From the NCBI GenBank assembly GCA_000708835.1, contig DF237357.1, forward strand, positions 1 through 64,000: 64,000 bases of DNA, read 5' to 3'. The notes under the pieces are model-generated. The model did no database searches. It had not been told where the DNA came from and worked only from the letters and a program-made list of their open reading frames with translations. Both the position numbers and the translations under genes were made by a program. This stretch comes from Klebsormidium nitens. Taxonomy: Eukaryota > Plantae > Klebsormidiophyceae. Shown one piece after another: positions 1 through 11,134 of this stretch. Position 1 is the stretch's first letter, and the number at the start of each line of letters is the position of its first letter.

Positions 1-765
1 CTTGTGATGGCCGGATGTCATCTGAGAAGTTGATATGGTTACTGGCCTCACATGATTACAATTGTAATCATGTGAGGCACAGTGAGGGTAAGTTACGTAT
101 TGGGATGCATAGGACGGTCATGCAGAAAGAGACCGTCGGAGAACACAATTGACCAGACGGTTGAAATGAGTGCTTATTACCACGGACGGTTCAAATGTAT
201 GAAATGTATGCAGATTGCGTAATTTCACATAAGGCCTTGAACTAGACTACAACCACACTTACGTACAAATCATAAAATAAGAAAGAAATCCTATCATACT
301 TGAAATTGCTTAGATTCCGAATACCAATCCATCGCTGAACTAAAAACCCGCCCAAGTGAATGGTGGTACAAGCTTGCTTGAGGACAACGTTTCAAAAAGT
401 GTTTATGAATGTAAGTTTTTTGATAGGAGAGCCAATGTGGCAACTACGCATGCAAAACTCCAAAGTCAAGGTTAAACTTCGTCTACTTGTAATACCACCA
501 GTGTACTGGATGCAACTTGCACCTAGGTCTATTCCAACTCGATATCCCAGAAGCAATGGATCCACATATGTCATTGCCTAGTGACTTAAAACAGCCTTAG
601 ATGTGCTATCGTTCCTAAAGCTATAATAACATCCCGAATCACACAACTCCTCAACCGGCTCATCGTACCAGCTTCAGACTATGTACCGTGAACAAGTGAT
701 CAATTATCCACAGCTATGTTGCAGCGTCTTGCAACTTTGAAAGAAACAGTTCCCGACGCTCCATG

Positions 766-3700
766 CTAATGCCTCTCATGTGAGAACTCTGAAGAAGCAC
801 CCTCGCTACTACTCTCCTCCTCTCCACTAGAACCCGCCCAACTCCGAGAAACGTTGACGACCAACTTGCGGCCGTCCAGGATTGCCCCATCGCGAGCACT
901 GATAGCCTCGATTGCTGCAGACTCGTTGGCAAAGGTGACGAAGCCAAAGCCACGAGATTCGCCAGAATCCTTGTCCCTGACCACCTGCAAATGATGCAAA
1001 AGACAAGCTTTAGAAACTCCTGGAAACAGGTGTCTACCTTAAGAAACATTCGCCACGTCGACATCGAAGTACAGATGTACTAAAGACAACCTTCGGAGCA
1101 GCAGACACGTTAAGCAAGGCAAAACGTAATCTATATACTTGCAACATGACCACCCCAAACACAGAACCGTCCTTGTAAACTGCAAACTAAACACTCTTTC
1201 AGCCAGCACTGCCTTGACCTATCTGTGACAGACAGATGTTGCTCAACAAGGAATGCAGAGCTGTCAGAAAAACTTTGACAAAACTTTGACAAGAACAGCG
1301 ACTAACCAGAAAACCTGGACTGCCACTCGGAACATACCTTCGTGTCAACAATCAGCCCGAACTCGTGGAAGGCCTCTCGAAGCCTCTCAGCGTCAGTGCC
1401 AAACCAAAGGTTGCCGACAAACACCTTGACGTGCTTCCTGCCAAGGGGCTTGTGGACAACTTCCTCCGCCTTCTTCTTGGCATAGTTGCGGCGAGCAAAC
1501 ATAGGGTCCTTGACCACCCCTGGCTTGGTTTGGACCTGCAAACATAAGTGAGTGAACTTGAGACAAACCAAAAGTGTACTGGCTCTGTTCAAGGCCCAAA
1601 TTTCGAAAAGATTATACCAAAGGGACGCCCAACTTCTGTTGGTAACTCAACAACCAACCTTGACGAACCTTGATAGATGATCACTCTCAAACTTAATAGA
1701 AATGGTCTCTAATTTGAGACAATTCATCTGAGCAGACTCAACTTTATGCAACAGCTACCAAGAAAGAAACTTCATTACGCACATCGAAGAGAAAGTTGAT
1801 GACACACGCAGAGCTGTCCGAGCAGAACCGGACGGAGCAGAACCAGATGAAGCAAGGAAGGGGCAAGAGAAGTGAAAAGATGCTTACCTGCATGCCCCCC
1901 ATGTCTACCTTGTGTAGCGCAGCCATCACCAGAGATGCCTGCTCAGGAGTCTCCATGGTCACAAAAGCAAAGCCCCGGTGCCGACCTCGATCCTGCACAA
2001 AGAGAGGGGAGGGGTCAAAACTTGCAACCAGAATGGACAAAAGCCACACCTTTCGGATGCTCAGTTCAGGTAGTCAAGAGAACAGGGAAAATTGGTCGCT
2101 AAGCTACAGCTTGGACTTGGCTAAAATATAGGAGAAGAGGTCAGTTGAAACGAGCTGATCCACCAGCAGCGTCAGGAAATGCTCTCAAACAGGGCAACTG
2201 GCCAATAACACTTCAACCGATGATGTAAAGGTATGGAGTCATATGCAATTTCTTACCAGCTGCGATGGACTGTTCCCCCTGTACTGAGCAACCTCTATGT
2301 CCACAACTTTGCCGAGCTTGCTACACCGATGTACCAGCTCTGCACGTGACAATAGACAAGCAATGGTAAGAAGGTTGCACTCGTAATTGGAGACCACTTC
2401 AAGCATCAAACCTGCTGCAATCTTCATCACTGTGCTTGTGCTTGAGCAATTGCACGCAATCATTGAGCAATTGAAATGCAGAGCTGCACCTATCTGCAAT
2501 ATCAGGTGTGTCTACAATCTGCCAGCACACAATGAGACCAGGAGTGCGCCAACTGTGCAATACCGTATATGTCACATCAGCAATTGCAAGGTGCCGTCAT
2601 CCAGAAATGAGATAAGCACACTCAATGAATGTCAACTTCCTGCAAGCCTGGTACAATTCAAGAGCCTCATATCTCTCTTCGAAGACAATTCTCAGAGGCA
2701 ACAAGACCGGAAACTTACCATCCCGAATTTGGTGCGCGCTCATCTGCCATGAGATTCCGCTGACCATCACCCTGGTCGGATCCACCTGCCTCCCATTAGG
2801 CAGCACATCATCTAGCTCCCTAAACCCCTCAAACCCTCTACCATTCCTATTACGCATCTCCTCTTCAAACCTGTACCGGGGGGTCTCCTGGCCCCTAGGA
2901 CTGAAACCCCACTCATGAGTCCGCTCCGCAGGAGGCGAGATCGCCAGAGACTTTTCCAAAGATTCCACAATCCCGGCGATTGCAGCATTGAACGGCTGGG
3001 TGTCTATCCTGGGGTTATGCGGCCGGGGATGCTCTGCGGCTGTGAAGGGCCTGTGGTTCAAATCGAGGTTTACACTCCGGTTATGGTTCAACGCTGCGTT
3101 GTTGAGGCGGTTCGCAAGGCTGACAAATGCATCAGGGGAAGGCTTGTCCTCAGCAGGAAAGTTGCTAAAGGCCCGATGACTGTAGGCGGATGGAGACCGG
3201 TCAAAACTGGTTGATGGCCTCTCGAACTCCTGCTCCCTTCTATACATCAACCTACCATAATCCTCTACCAGACGCTCGTCTCTGTACACAGCATCGCCCC
3301 GAAAGACAGCATCGTTTCTATAAGCTCCAGGGAAGGGTGCATAGGACCTGCTATGTACAGGAGCAGGGGCCCTGAGATCCCTCCCAAAGTCCGATTGCGA
3401 TGCGAGGCTGTCCTCAAAACTAGCTGGAGGAAAGAATTGGCCATGATCCACAAGCTCCGGGCCAAAAGAAGCCCGGGGATCAGCCCCATACCCCTGCCGC
3501 TCCGCCTCTAACCGCTGCTGCAGGAGCGCATTTGCTGCCATGGCCTGAGCATACTCGCTCTGCACAAACTGCGGCTCTGCAAGCTGTACACCATTCCTAG
3601 CCATTCCGCGGGTCGGGTTTTGCGGCGGGGGGGTCAGGCTGGGAGGAAGAGGGACCCCCCTGAACGAAGTGCTCAGCGATGGCTGCTGGCCCTGCCTGTG

Positions 3701-3844
3701 AGAAGAGTTGCCTGTCACGACGTGAGAACCGACACTTGAATCTGCTGAGAGAGAGATGCGGGCTGCCATGGAGGGAGTACTTGCATAGGGGCTAAACGAG
3801 GGGGCTGCAACCTTTTGGGCCGCAGCGACGGCCATGGAGGACAT
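766..3844 (-). CDS. Two-RRM RNA-binding protein, chloroplast RNP (CP29/CP31)-like, with a long N-terminal low-complexity region; 5 exons, about 576 aa
   Basis: Spliced model complement(join(766..984,1338..1535,1888..1992,2257..2339,2719..3844)); all introns GT-AG and phases consistent. RRM1: RVMVSGISW...RGFAFVTM. RRM2: KVFVGNLWFGTD...SRGFGFVTFANESAAIEAISARDGAILDGRKLVVN. The Ser/Ala-rich N-terminus resembles a plastid transit peptide. The ORF-track start at 3850 is TTG; the first ATG is at 3844. Confidence 0.85.
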
Positions 3845-4492
3845 GATCAAAAACTCAAGACACTAAATTGACTGATCAGCTGATTCCTTTGTCTTCCAAT
3901 ACAAACTAGAAGAAGTTCTTGTTGGGGTAATCTTTCAGGGCCAAGCTCAGCAGGGAAGAGACAGCAGACTGAGAGCCTTCAGCAACATGCGAGCTGTCTC
4001 GCTGCTTCTGACGCGCCTTCTTGCTGAGCGAGGAGCTCTTGAAACACCATGAAACTTGGATGAGCTACGTAGCAGACTGCTGTCGCCGCCATCATTCAAG
4101 ATCGCCCGAAAAAGATAACGATGTCTTCCACGGATACGCAACTGGCCCGAGAACCATGTCCCTAGTTCGCCGTACGACATCGGTTCAGAATTATTGAATA
4201 GCCGTCGATTTTGAGTCATGGAGCCGAAACGACGGTGCAAAGTGAAGTTACGTCGATGAATGCGCTTTCCTGAGCGGCGGCGTACAGCTCATTCGAAAGT
4301 GAAAAGCGCGATGACGTGGGTGGATCGAAATCGTCCTCTCGTCGGAAGATATTTGCGTGTACAGATTGGCAACCGTCGATGGTGAGGCCATGCCGATCGT
4401 CGCCACGTAGCCATGCACCAAGCTGAAAAGCGCGCAACGTCACTCGAGTTGGTGAATGATGCGTGTGCCAAATATCCCATGCCGCACGGAGC

Positions 4493-5048
4493 AAACCCTA
4501 AAATATCCAAGGATTCCAAACCCTAAAGCCAAGACTTCGTTAGGGAACTAGGTTGTGCGCAGTGATTTCAGAACGAAAGCACAGACTCGGCTTCAGTTAC
4601 CGCTGCTATTAACCATTCCCACTCTGCGTGACTCACAGAGCTGGGGTGATGGAATTGATCAGCATATTGAAGACTGAAGTTGCCTGGTGCCAGCAGCGAA
4701 AAGTGAACAACGTGTTGGCAGAAACGTTGCGCTCACCAGCACAAAGCCTAAGGAATCAAATGTCGAAGCTGCCTCTTTCTGATGTGCATGGCCTTGTCAG
4801 CTGTGCAGCAGATCGGGTCCGCATCTTTGCGTATATCAGCGTGCGTATGGTGAGGTTGTTTGTGGAGGCGGCAAGGACGGGGCGAGATTAATCAGGCAGT
4901 CGTTGAGACTTGAAAGCGCGTTTCCTTTCTCGATGTCATCTAAGCAGAGCGTTTCTTGCCAGTTCTAGGCGATGCCCAATCAGACCTGCAATGCTAGTTC
5001 CGGACATTTCTCGCCAGACATCATCGAGTAGCTTTTAAATTAGGGTTT
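4493..5048. promoter_or_regulatory. Three telo-boxes (AAACCCTAA) in the divergent promoter between the RRM gene and BUD23
   Basis: AAACCCTAA at 4493-4501 and 4518-4526, and TTAGGGTTT at 5040-5048. Telo-boxes are an established promoter element of plant ribosome-biogenesis and translation genes, which fits BUD23. Confidence 0.6.
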
Positions 5049-5267
5049 TGACAGTCCGCTCAGGCTGTCCTCTGTGGGAGTGGCTAAGTTTTTGAAGGTG
5101 ACCCCCTGAGGCTTATCTCAACACGTGAATCAGAGGCGCCATTTTCACCACTTGGAAGTAATACTACGTGTCAGGTGAAGTCGTCCAAGTCTTGAACATT
5201 GAAGTAGGTCAAAGGCCCTTCCGTTGTTGTGTTGGATATAAGCAGACAAATTTTTGAGTACAAGCAG

Positions 5268-8200
5268 ATGGCGACCCGTCCAGAGCAGTTGGCGCCGCCC
5301 GAAGTCTTTTACAATGATACTGAGGCCAGGAAGTACACCACCAGCAGTCGAATGGTGGAGATACAGGTGAGGCACACTTTGTTAAGAGGGGGATTTCCAT
5401 GCACAAAGTGGTGGTGAACTTTTCCATGCAAGAAGTGGTGGTGAGAAGCGCTCCTTAAGGTCTGGTCTGCAAAGAAGGCCTCTTTGGAAAGGTTGATGGG
5501 TGGGTTTGTTGTCCTGGATCACAGCAATTAGGTTTTCGGGTTTTGGTGGGGAGTTCTGCTTGTGATCAGCCTGCTGTAAGATTCTGATGACTCTGATGGG
5601 ACTGGTGGTGTGCGCCCTTGTCTCTTCTTCCTCCCTGTAATCGTTTATGAACAGCTTGCCAAAGGAACAGATCTTGAAATGTCCTTCATTTAGACTTTCT
5701 GGAAGGCTTGGCATTAAAGAAGTTGTCGAGGTCGACAATCTTTCCAATCGTCGAACATCACCACTTCTTGAGGCCTTTGCACGGTAAAATTTTGTTTCAA
5801 GTGGATCGCTATCCGTTTCATTTATTCTTCAACGAACCATCTTCTTGCCCCTGGAATTAGGGGGAGTCTGTCAAGAAGTTTCTGTCGAGAGTGAAATGAA
5901 TTTCTGACGATTTTTGGCACGTCCTTCTTGCCCCTCTCCTCGCATGTTGTTGGAGGAGAACCTTCTTCGCCGGCCAATCTCAAAAAGCCTTTTGCCTAGC
6001 TCGAGCCTGTTGCCTAGCTCAGCCCTTCCCTTTACTCGTTTCCTGTGCTGATGAGTCGGGCAGTAATTTCAACTAGTTTTCTTGTTTGTAACACTTCAGA
6101 GTCTCAGCACACAGTAGATTTTATGTCGAGCCTCTCAGCAGACTGTCCAAACTGGCCGACACTTGGAAAGTTCTGATTTTGCTCTTTGATGCTGTTCTCC
6201 TTTCCAGTCGACTCTGCCAGACCGAGCCCTCAGAAACCTGGCAAAGAATAGCGAATAGTTTGCCTCAATAATCCACCTCTTGCAGGCAACTCAACATAGA
6301 GGGTCCTCTTAGAGGATCCCTCCTCCAGGCAATTAGGTCTCGAAGTATCTTTCAAGCAGCAGAAACCACTGATTCCGGAGGCATTTCCACATTGAATCCA
6401 TCCAACGACCGGAACGGAATGGTTTCGCTATCAAAGCCGCACTGGAGCCATTCAAAGAGTGGCAAAAGATGGTATCGTCCTAAAGTTCGCGCTCTCCTCC
6501 CAGGCGAACCTGACAGAACGAGCTTTGGAACTGTTGAACCTGCCAGAAGATGGTGAGCCCAAGCTGCTGCTCGATCTGGGATGCGGTTCGGGCTTGAGTG
6601 GGGAGTCGCTCACAGAGTGTGGGCATCACTGGTTGGGAATGGATATCAGCGAAGCCATGTTAGGTGAGCGGGGAAATTGTTGGAGGCTTTTCTTTATGCT
6701 TCTCCTGTTGCCTTCGTTAGTTTCCGTCTGGCCCGAATTTCTTGCTTTTTGTTTTCGAACTCTCCGCTCGCCTCTTGCTACTATTCGTGGTGAGTCGGTT
6801 CTTTCGTTCTTGAATCAAATCTCAAACACCATCGATTCTTTTGTTGGGTCTCTGCCTCATCTGTCCGGCTCTTCGCTTCGTTCATCTTTCCTCGTTTGGT
6901 GTTTGTTCCAATGAAACACGGCGGCATGCTTTACAAGGAAGACTGCAGGAACCGCTATGTTCCTCTCATGTCCGCCCTATCTACGGCAATCAAGTACCTG
7001 TTCCCGCCGCGAGTATGTCTTATCATGTTGGCAAAGTCTCACACTTTAAGACCACGTGAATTCGGAATCGTTTCTCACAGACGTGGCACTAGAGCGGAAG
7101 GATTAAAGGTGACGTCTTGCTGTTGGTAATCAGATCACGCCTGCCGTTGCGGACGCGTCTCTTTGACGGAGATGGCATCGAGATCCGAGTGGTTGTTAAT
7201 CTAAATCGCAAAGTACTCAATATTTGTGAAATAATTGACAACACACCGTCGGCCATCCGACAGGGGCTGCCGCTGCAGACAGGCAGCGTTGACGGCAAAG
7301 ATTGGATACCTCATATCCCGAGAAGAACGGATTATCAAGATTTGGAAGTTGAATTTCTGGGGGATCGAAAGACGTACAGAAGCGCACTGCTCGCACACAT
7401 GGCTTCCGAGCGGGATGTTCAAGGTGACGTCATCTTAGTGGACAGGACAGAGCTCCCTCACTGAATAGGTGTCTTCGACGGGTCCACTAGCATCGGTCAC
7501 CGTTTCAGAATCGAGGGGAAAAATACCTCTGAAAGTTAGAACCCCAGAATTCAATCCAGTCTGCTGTTGCAAATGTGGTTTTTGAGCGGGGTGTCGAGGG
7601 TGACGTCATTGCTGTCAGACGTTGACTGCAAACGGATGTCTGAGACGGCGCCATCAGGATCTGGTCCCCTTTCGGAAAGAATTACTGTATCACCAAACGG
7701 ATAAGTCTGTTCGTTTTCGCAGACGTGGCTTGCGAGCGGGAGGTCGAGGGTGACGTCATGCTGTCGGACATCGGACAGGGCCTGCCCCTGCGGACGGGTG
7801 TCTTCGACGGGGCCATCAGTATCAGTGCGATCCAGTGGCTCTGCAACGCCGACAAGACGGCGAACGATCCGCGGCAGCGCTTGAAGGCGTTCTTCCAGAC
7901 GCTCTATCGGAGTCTAGCGCGGGGGGCAAGGGCAGTCCTGCAGGTGCGTCGTGCTGTCGTCATCGCACCTTGACAGTTCGAATTTGTTGGGTTCTGGGTC
8001 TTGATTCTGAACTCCGCGACCTCTTTCTTTTTTGGGAGGCCCTTTTTGAACGCGGCACCAGAGCCTGGCGCAGGGGCTTCTCGGGTCCGATGGATTCTTT
8101 TCGTAAGCTGTGGGTCTTGGCACCGGTTTCATGTAAGCCCGACTTCCTCGAGTTAATCTTATCTTGCTGACCGTCAGTTCGACGGTACTATTCGTCATTT

Positions 8201-11134
8201 TTTTGATTTCGGGAGTCAGGCGGTCTACTGGAATTAGGAGGGGCCCTGCTGTTTTGCCGGCCGGTCCAAGCACACCTTCCTGTTTGGTCCCCTCTCTAGT
8301 TGCTGGTCCATCCGCTGCAAACCTTCCCGCGCCAGAGTTGCTCGTACGGAAAGCCGACGGACGCGACTGTCTCAACCAGACTAAAAGCGCTTTTGCTCCC
8401 GTTGAATGGCCGAATTCTGTGCGGCCAAGCCAGAAGTATAACGCTAGAAGCGGTTGCTTTTTGCGATCGGAAATCAGTGACCCTGCTTTTGAAGCTACGT
8501 TCACTAGGTCGAGTCTAGCACAGGCTACAGCGAAGGGTCAGCACTGGTTTGGAATCCCTATGGTTTTGGATTGGTTGCAAGAGGGCTTGGCAGGATCCAT
8601 CTACTGCAGTTTTGCCGTTCCACCGCTTTGTGATACCAGGTTAGGAGGATCAAAGCGGGTGTCGACATTGGTTACACGCCTAGGCTGACTCGCCATCTCG
8701 ACAGCTGGCCGGGGGCATATGGTTCGAATTTGAGTTCTGAACCCGTTTTCTGCGGTCATCTTCTGCTTAACGACGCTCTTTGAAGAGCTCGAGAGCTTTT
8801 GACACGCTTCAGAGCCGGCGTTGACGTCGATCTCCTGTTCAAATTGGGTCCTTCTTTTGAAGCTTTCATCCGGTGCGTCTTTGCGACGCGAGTAACAAGT
8901 TGTTGCACGTGTATTACGCTGAGACCAAAGGTTCAACAATATTGACCTGGTACGAGCTGATTCCGTTGTTGTGTTTTGCAGTTTTATCCCGACGGTCCAA
9001 AGCAGGTCGAAATGATTTCGAGCGCCGCAATGAGGGTCGGCTTCTCTGGAGGGCTGGTCGTGGACTTTCCGCACAGGCGAGTACCCTTCCTTTCCTTTCT
9101 CCTTCTTCCTCTCTGTCTTTTTTGTCTTATGTGTATCGTTGTTCTTTGTACTGTTTGACGCGCTTTCGCGTCTTGTTGCTCAACTTGTTTGAGCCCTTCT
9201 TTTCCATTTCATTCTGACTTCCCCTCATTTCCTACTTCTACCCTGATCAGGATAATCGTGGTACGTCGATCTATGTGAGAGCTTGCCAAAGATATGCAGC
9301 CGCCTCTAAGCTTTACTTAAATGGAGAAATCACTCGATCAGGCATGCGTTCGTCATTAGGACCTAGTCATGACGTCATCGTGTCGTAAGGCACATTCGTT
9401 CGTGATCTTACACCACTCGACCGATGCTTGTCGTTTCCACTACTTCTGATGGCCCCTTTTTCTGATGGACCGGATGACGGCGATGACGTCAGCGACAGAG
9501 GTGGTTACTTTGTGAGAATCTGTTCCACTGGTACATTTGACGTCGCTCGTTTCTGCGCGGTACTCGGGCAAAGGTACGTCTTGGTTCTCATTGGCTAGCC
9601 TCTTTTTTTCCGAGTAGCCACTGCTCTGGGGCCAAGGAAGAACTGTCTCCGACGCTAGCAATGGTAAATCGTGACGACATAAAAATGTTGCAAGCAACCG
9701 GAAGCCCCTGACGTCACCTTTTTCTGTACAGTACGCGTGCGAAGAAGTACTTCTTGGTGCTCATGGCTGGGCCCCCGTCTGTAAATAGCACGCTGCCGAA
9801 GGCGAAGGGCGTCGACGGCGGGAGCGAGAGCAACGAGGATGACGTCAGCGAGGACGACGAGGGCGCGACGGTCGAGTTTGCGGACCGGCAACGACATGCA
9901 AAGCGGCGGAGGAAGGACGGGAAGCGGGGGAAGGTGAGAGAGGCCCTTTGCTTTTCGGAAAGTCTGTTGATATTTATTCGAGACTGTCTGGTTTCTGTGA
10001 TCCGTATTTGGGACGGTCGCTGAGAGGGGAAAGGACGAGGAAAGTATGCTGGTTTGAAGCGCGCAACTTGTCGACGTTGCGTTGGGTGACTTTCGTCGGT
10101 GACCTCGATGAATCCCATGAAAGTCGTTGTCCGCTTTCTGGCGATGCGAGGCAAAGCGGCAAAAGAAAAGAGGAAAATTGGGCGTGCGCGCGTTTCTCGG
10201 GGGGGTGCCATTTTACAGCTGGTTTGTTAACGGTCGTCAAGAAAGCAGGCGTTTTGCTTCTAACGGTTCCTTTGCGTCTGTTGGGAGTCTTGGCGCGTGT
10301 TGAGCTCAGGAGCTCCGCTTCAGCGGATCGTGTGTATTTGTTGAGGAGTTTTGACGTGTGTCGGATTTAGACACCCGCTCGACGATTACTGGGGAGCACA
10401 AGCGACATCACACCGTTCCCGTCAAGCGAGAGTACTAACTTAGATTGTCGGGCAGCGAGTGCAAGGTGTTACTCTCAGCGGTCAATCAGGGTCAGCCCAT
10501 ATACTAAGGAAACTCTGATGAATCCTGTTCCTTGACAGGCGCGTGACTTGAGTTAGGCGCCTGGAAAGCGAGTAGGGTTAGTCCGGGGGGTAAGGGTGGA
10601 TTAGGGTGCAAAGCGCGTCAATCTTTGGTTCAGGAGTTTCATCTGAAGCGCTCAATGACCTTGAGTCTGAGGTCACACGCCGGTTACATGTAGTTTACCA
10701 GGATTTGTAGGGAGGGGCTTCCGGTGCTTACAATGGGGAAGTCGATCGTGCGCTATTCAAGTGTCCAACAATCTTCCGATCGCTCTGATCTCAATCAACA
10801 TTCTGCTTTTCGGTGCAGTTGCCTGCTCAGACTCTTGCCTGTGCCGATTCTGCAAGCACAGATTCGCATTCGCACGCTAAGAGTAGGGAGGAACACGAAA
10901 CGAGACAACAGATGCAACAGATGCTCGCGACGAATCACAGCCCCTCAAACGAATGCGCTGCAGCTTGGATAGATGAAAGATTGCGCTCTTTGCCGGCTGC
11001 TGGTTTGATTAAACCTCCTCGTATTGCAGGGCCGTTCTTGGATCCTAAACAAGAAGCGACAGCAGAGAGAGAAGGGCGTCGAGGTCCCGGCAGATACCAA
11101 GTACACGGGCAGAAAAAGAAAAGCTCGCTTTTAG
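5268..11134 (+). CDS. BUD23: 18S rRNA (guanine-N7)-methyltransferase BUD23/WBSCR22/RID2; 6 exons, about 293 aa
   Basis: join(5268..5366,6504..6663,7723..7943,8982..9076,9732..9933,11030..11134). Family motifs: [36 protein letters not shown] (SAM motif I), [39 protein letters not shown], and C-terminal [12 protein letters not shown]-type tail [13 protein letters not shown]. Intron 4 is GC-AG. Confidence 0.95.
7100..7660 (+). repeat. About 4 decayed intronic copies of the 5' part of BUD23 exon 3
   Basis: GGTGACGTCA anchor at 7749 (exon) recurs at 7599, 7423 and 7108. CAGGGGCTGCCGCTGCAGACAGGC at 7261 matches exon CAGGGCCTGCCCCTGCGGACGGGT. Confidence 0.8.
10536..10682 (+). mobile_element. Degenerate copy of the G-rich-core inverted-repeat element, in BUD23 intron 5
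   Basis: The core at about 10568-10616 (GCGAGTAGGGTTAGTCCGGGGGTAAGGGTGGATTAGGGTGCAAAGCG) aligns with the cores at 46646-46693 and, reverse-complemented, 23493-23541. Flanked by an imperfect inverted repeat (10536-10552 vs 10666-10682, about 13/17). Confidence 0.55.

Noticed and set aside
3845-3850. ORF-track start of the 417-aa RRM exon at 3850
   Set aside because: That codon is TTG; the eukaryotic ATG at 3844 is preferred.
7914-9074. Long ORFs within BUD23 intron 3 (7914..8504, 8164..8688, 8601..9074)
   Set aside because: No domain similarity, alternative start codons, and no transposase or RT motifs.
10509-10670. Box C/D snoRNA in a BUD23 intron (CTGATGA at about 10515, CTGA at about 10642 and 10666)
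   Set aside because: No terminal stem closes box C with box D, I could not identify an rRNA guide, and the region is better explained by the inverted-repeat element.
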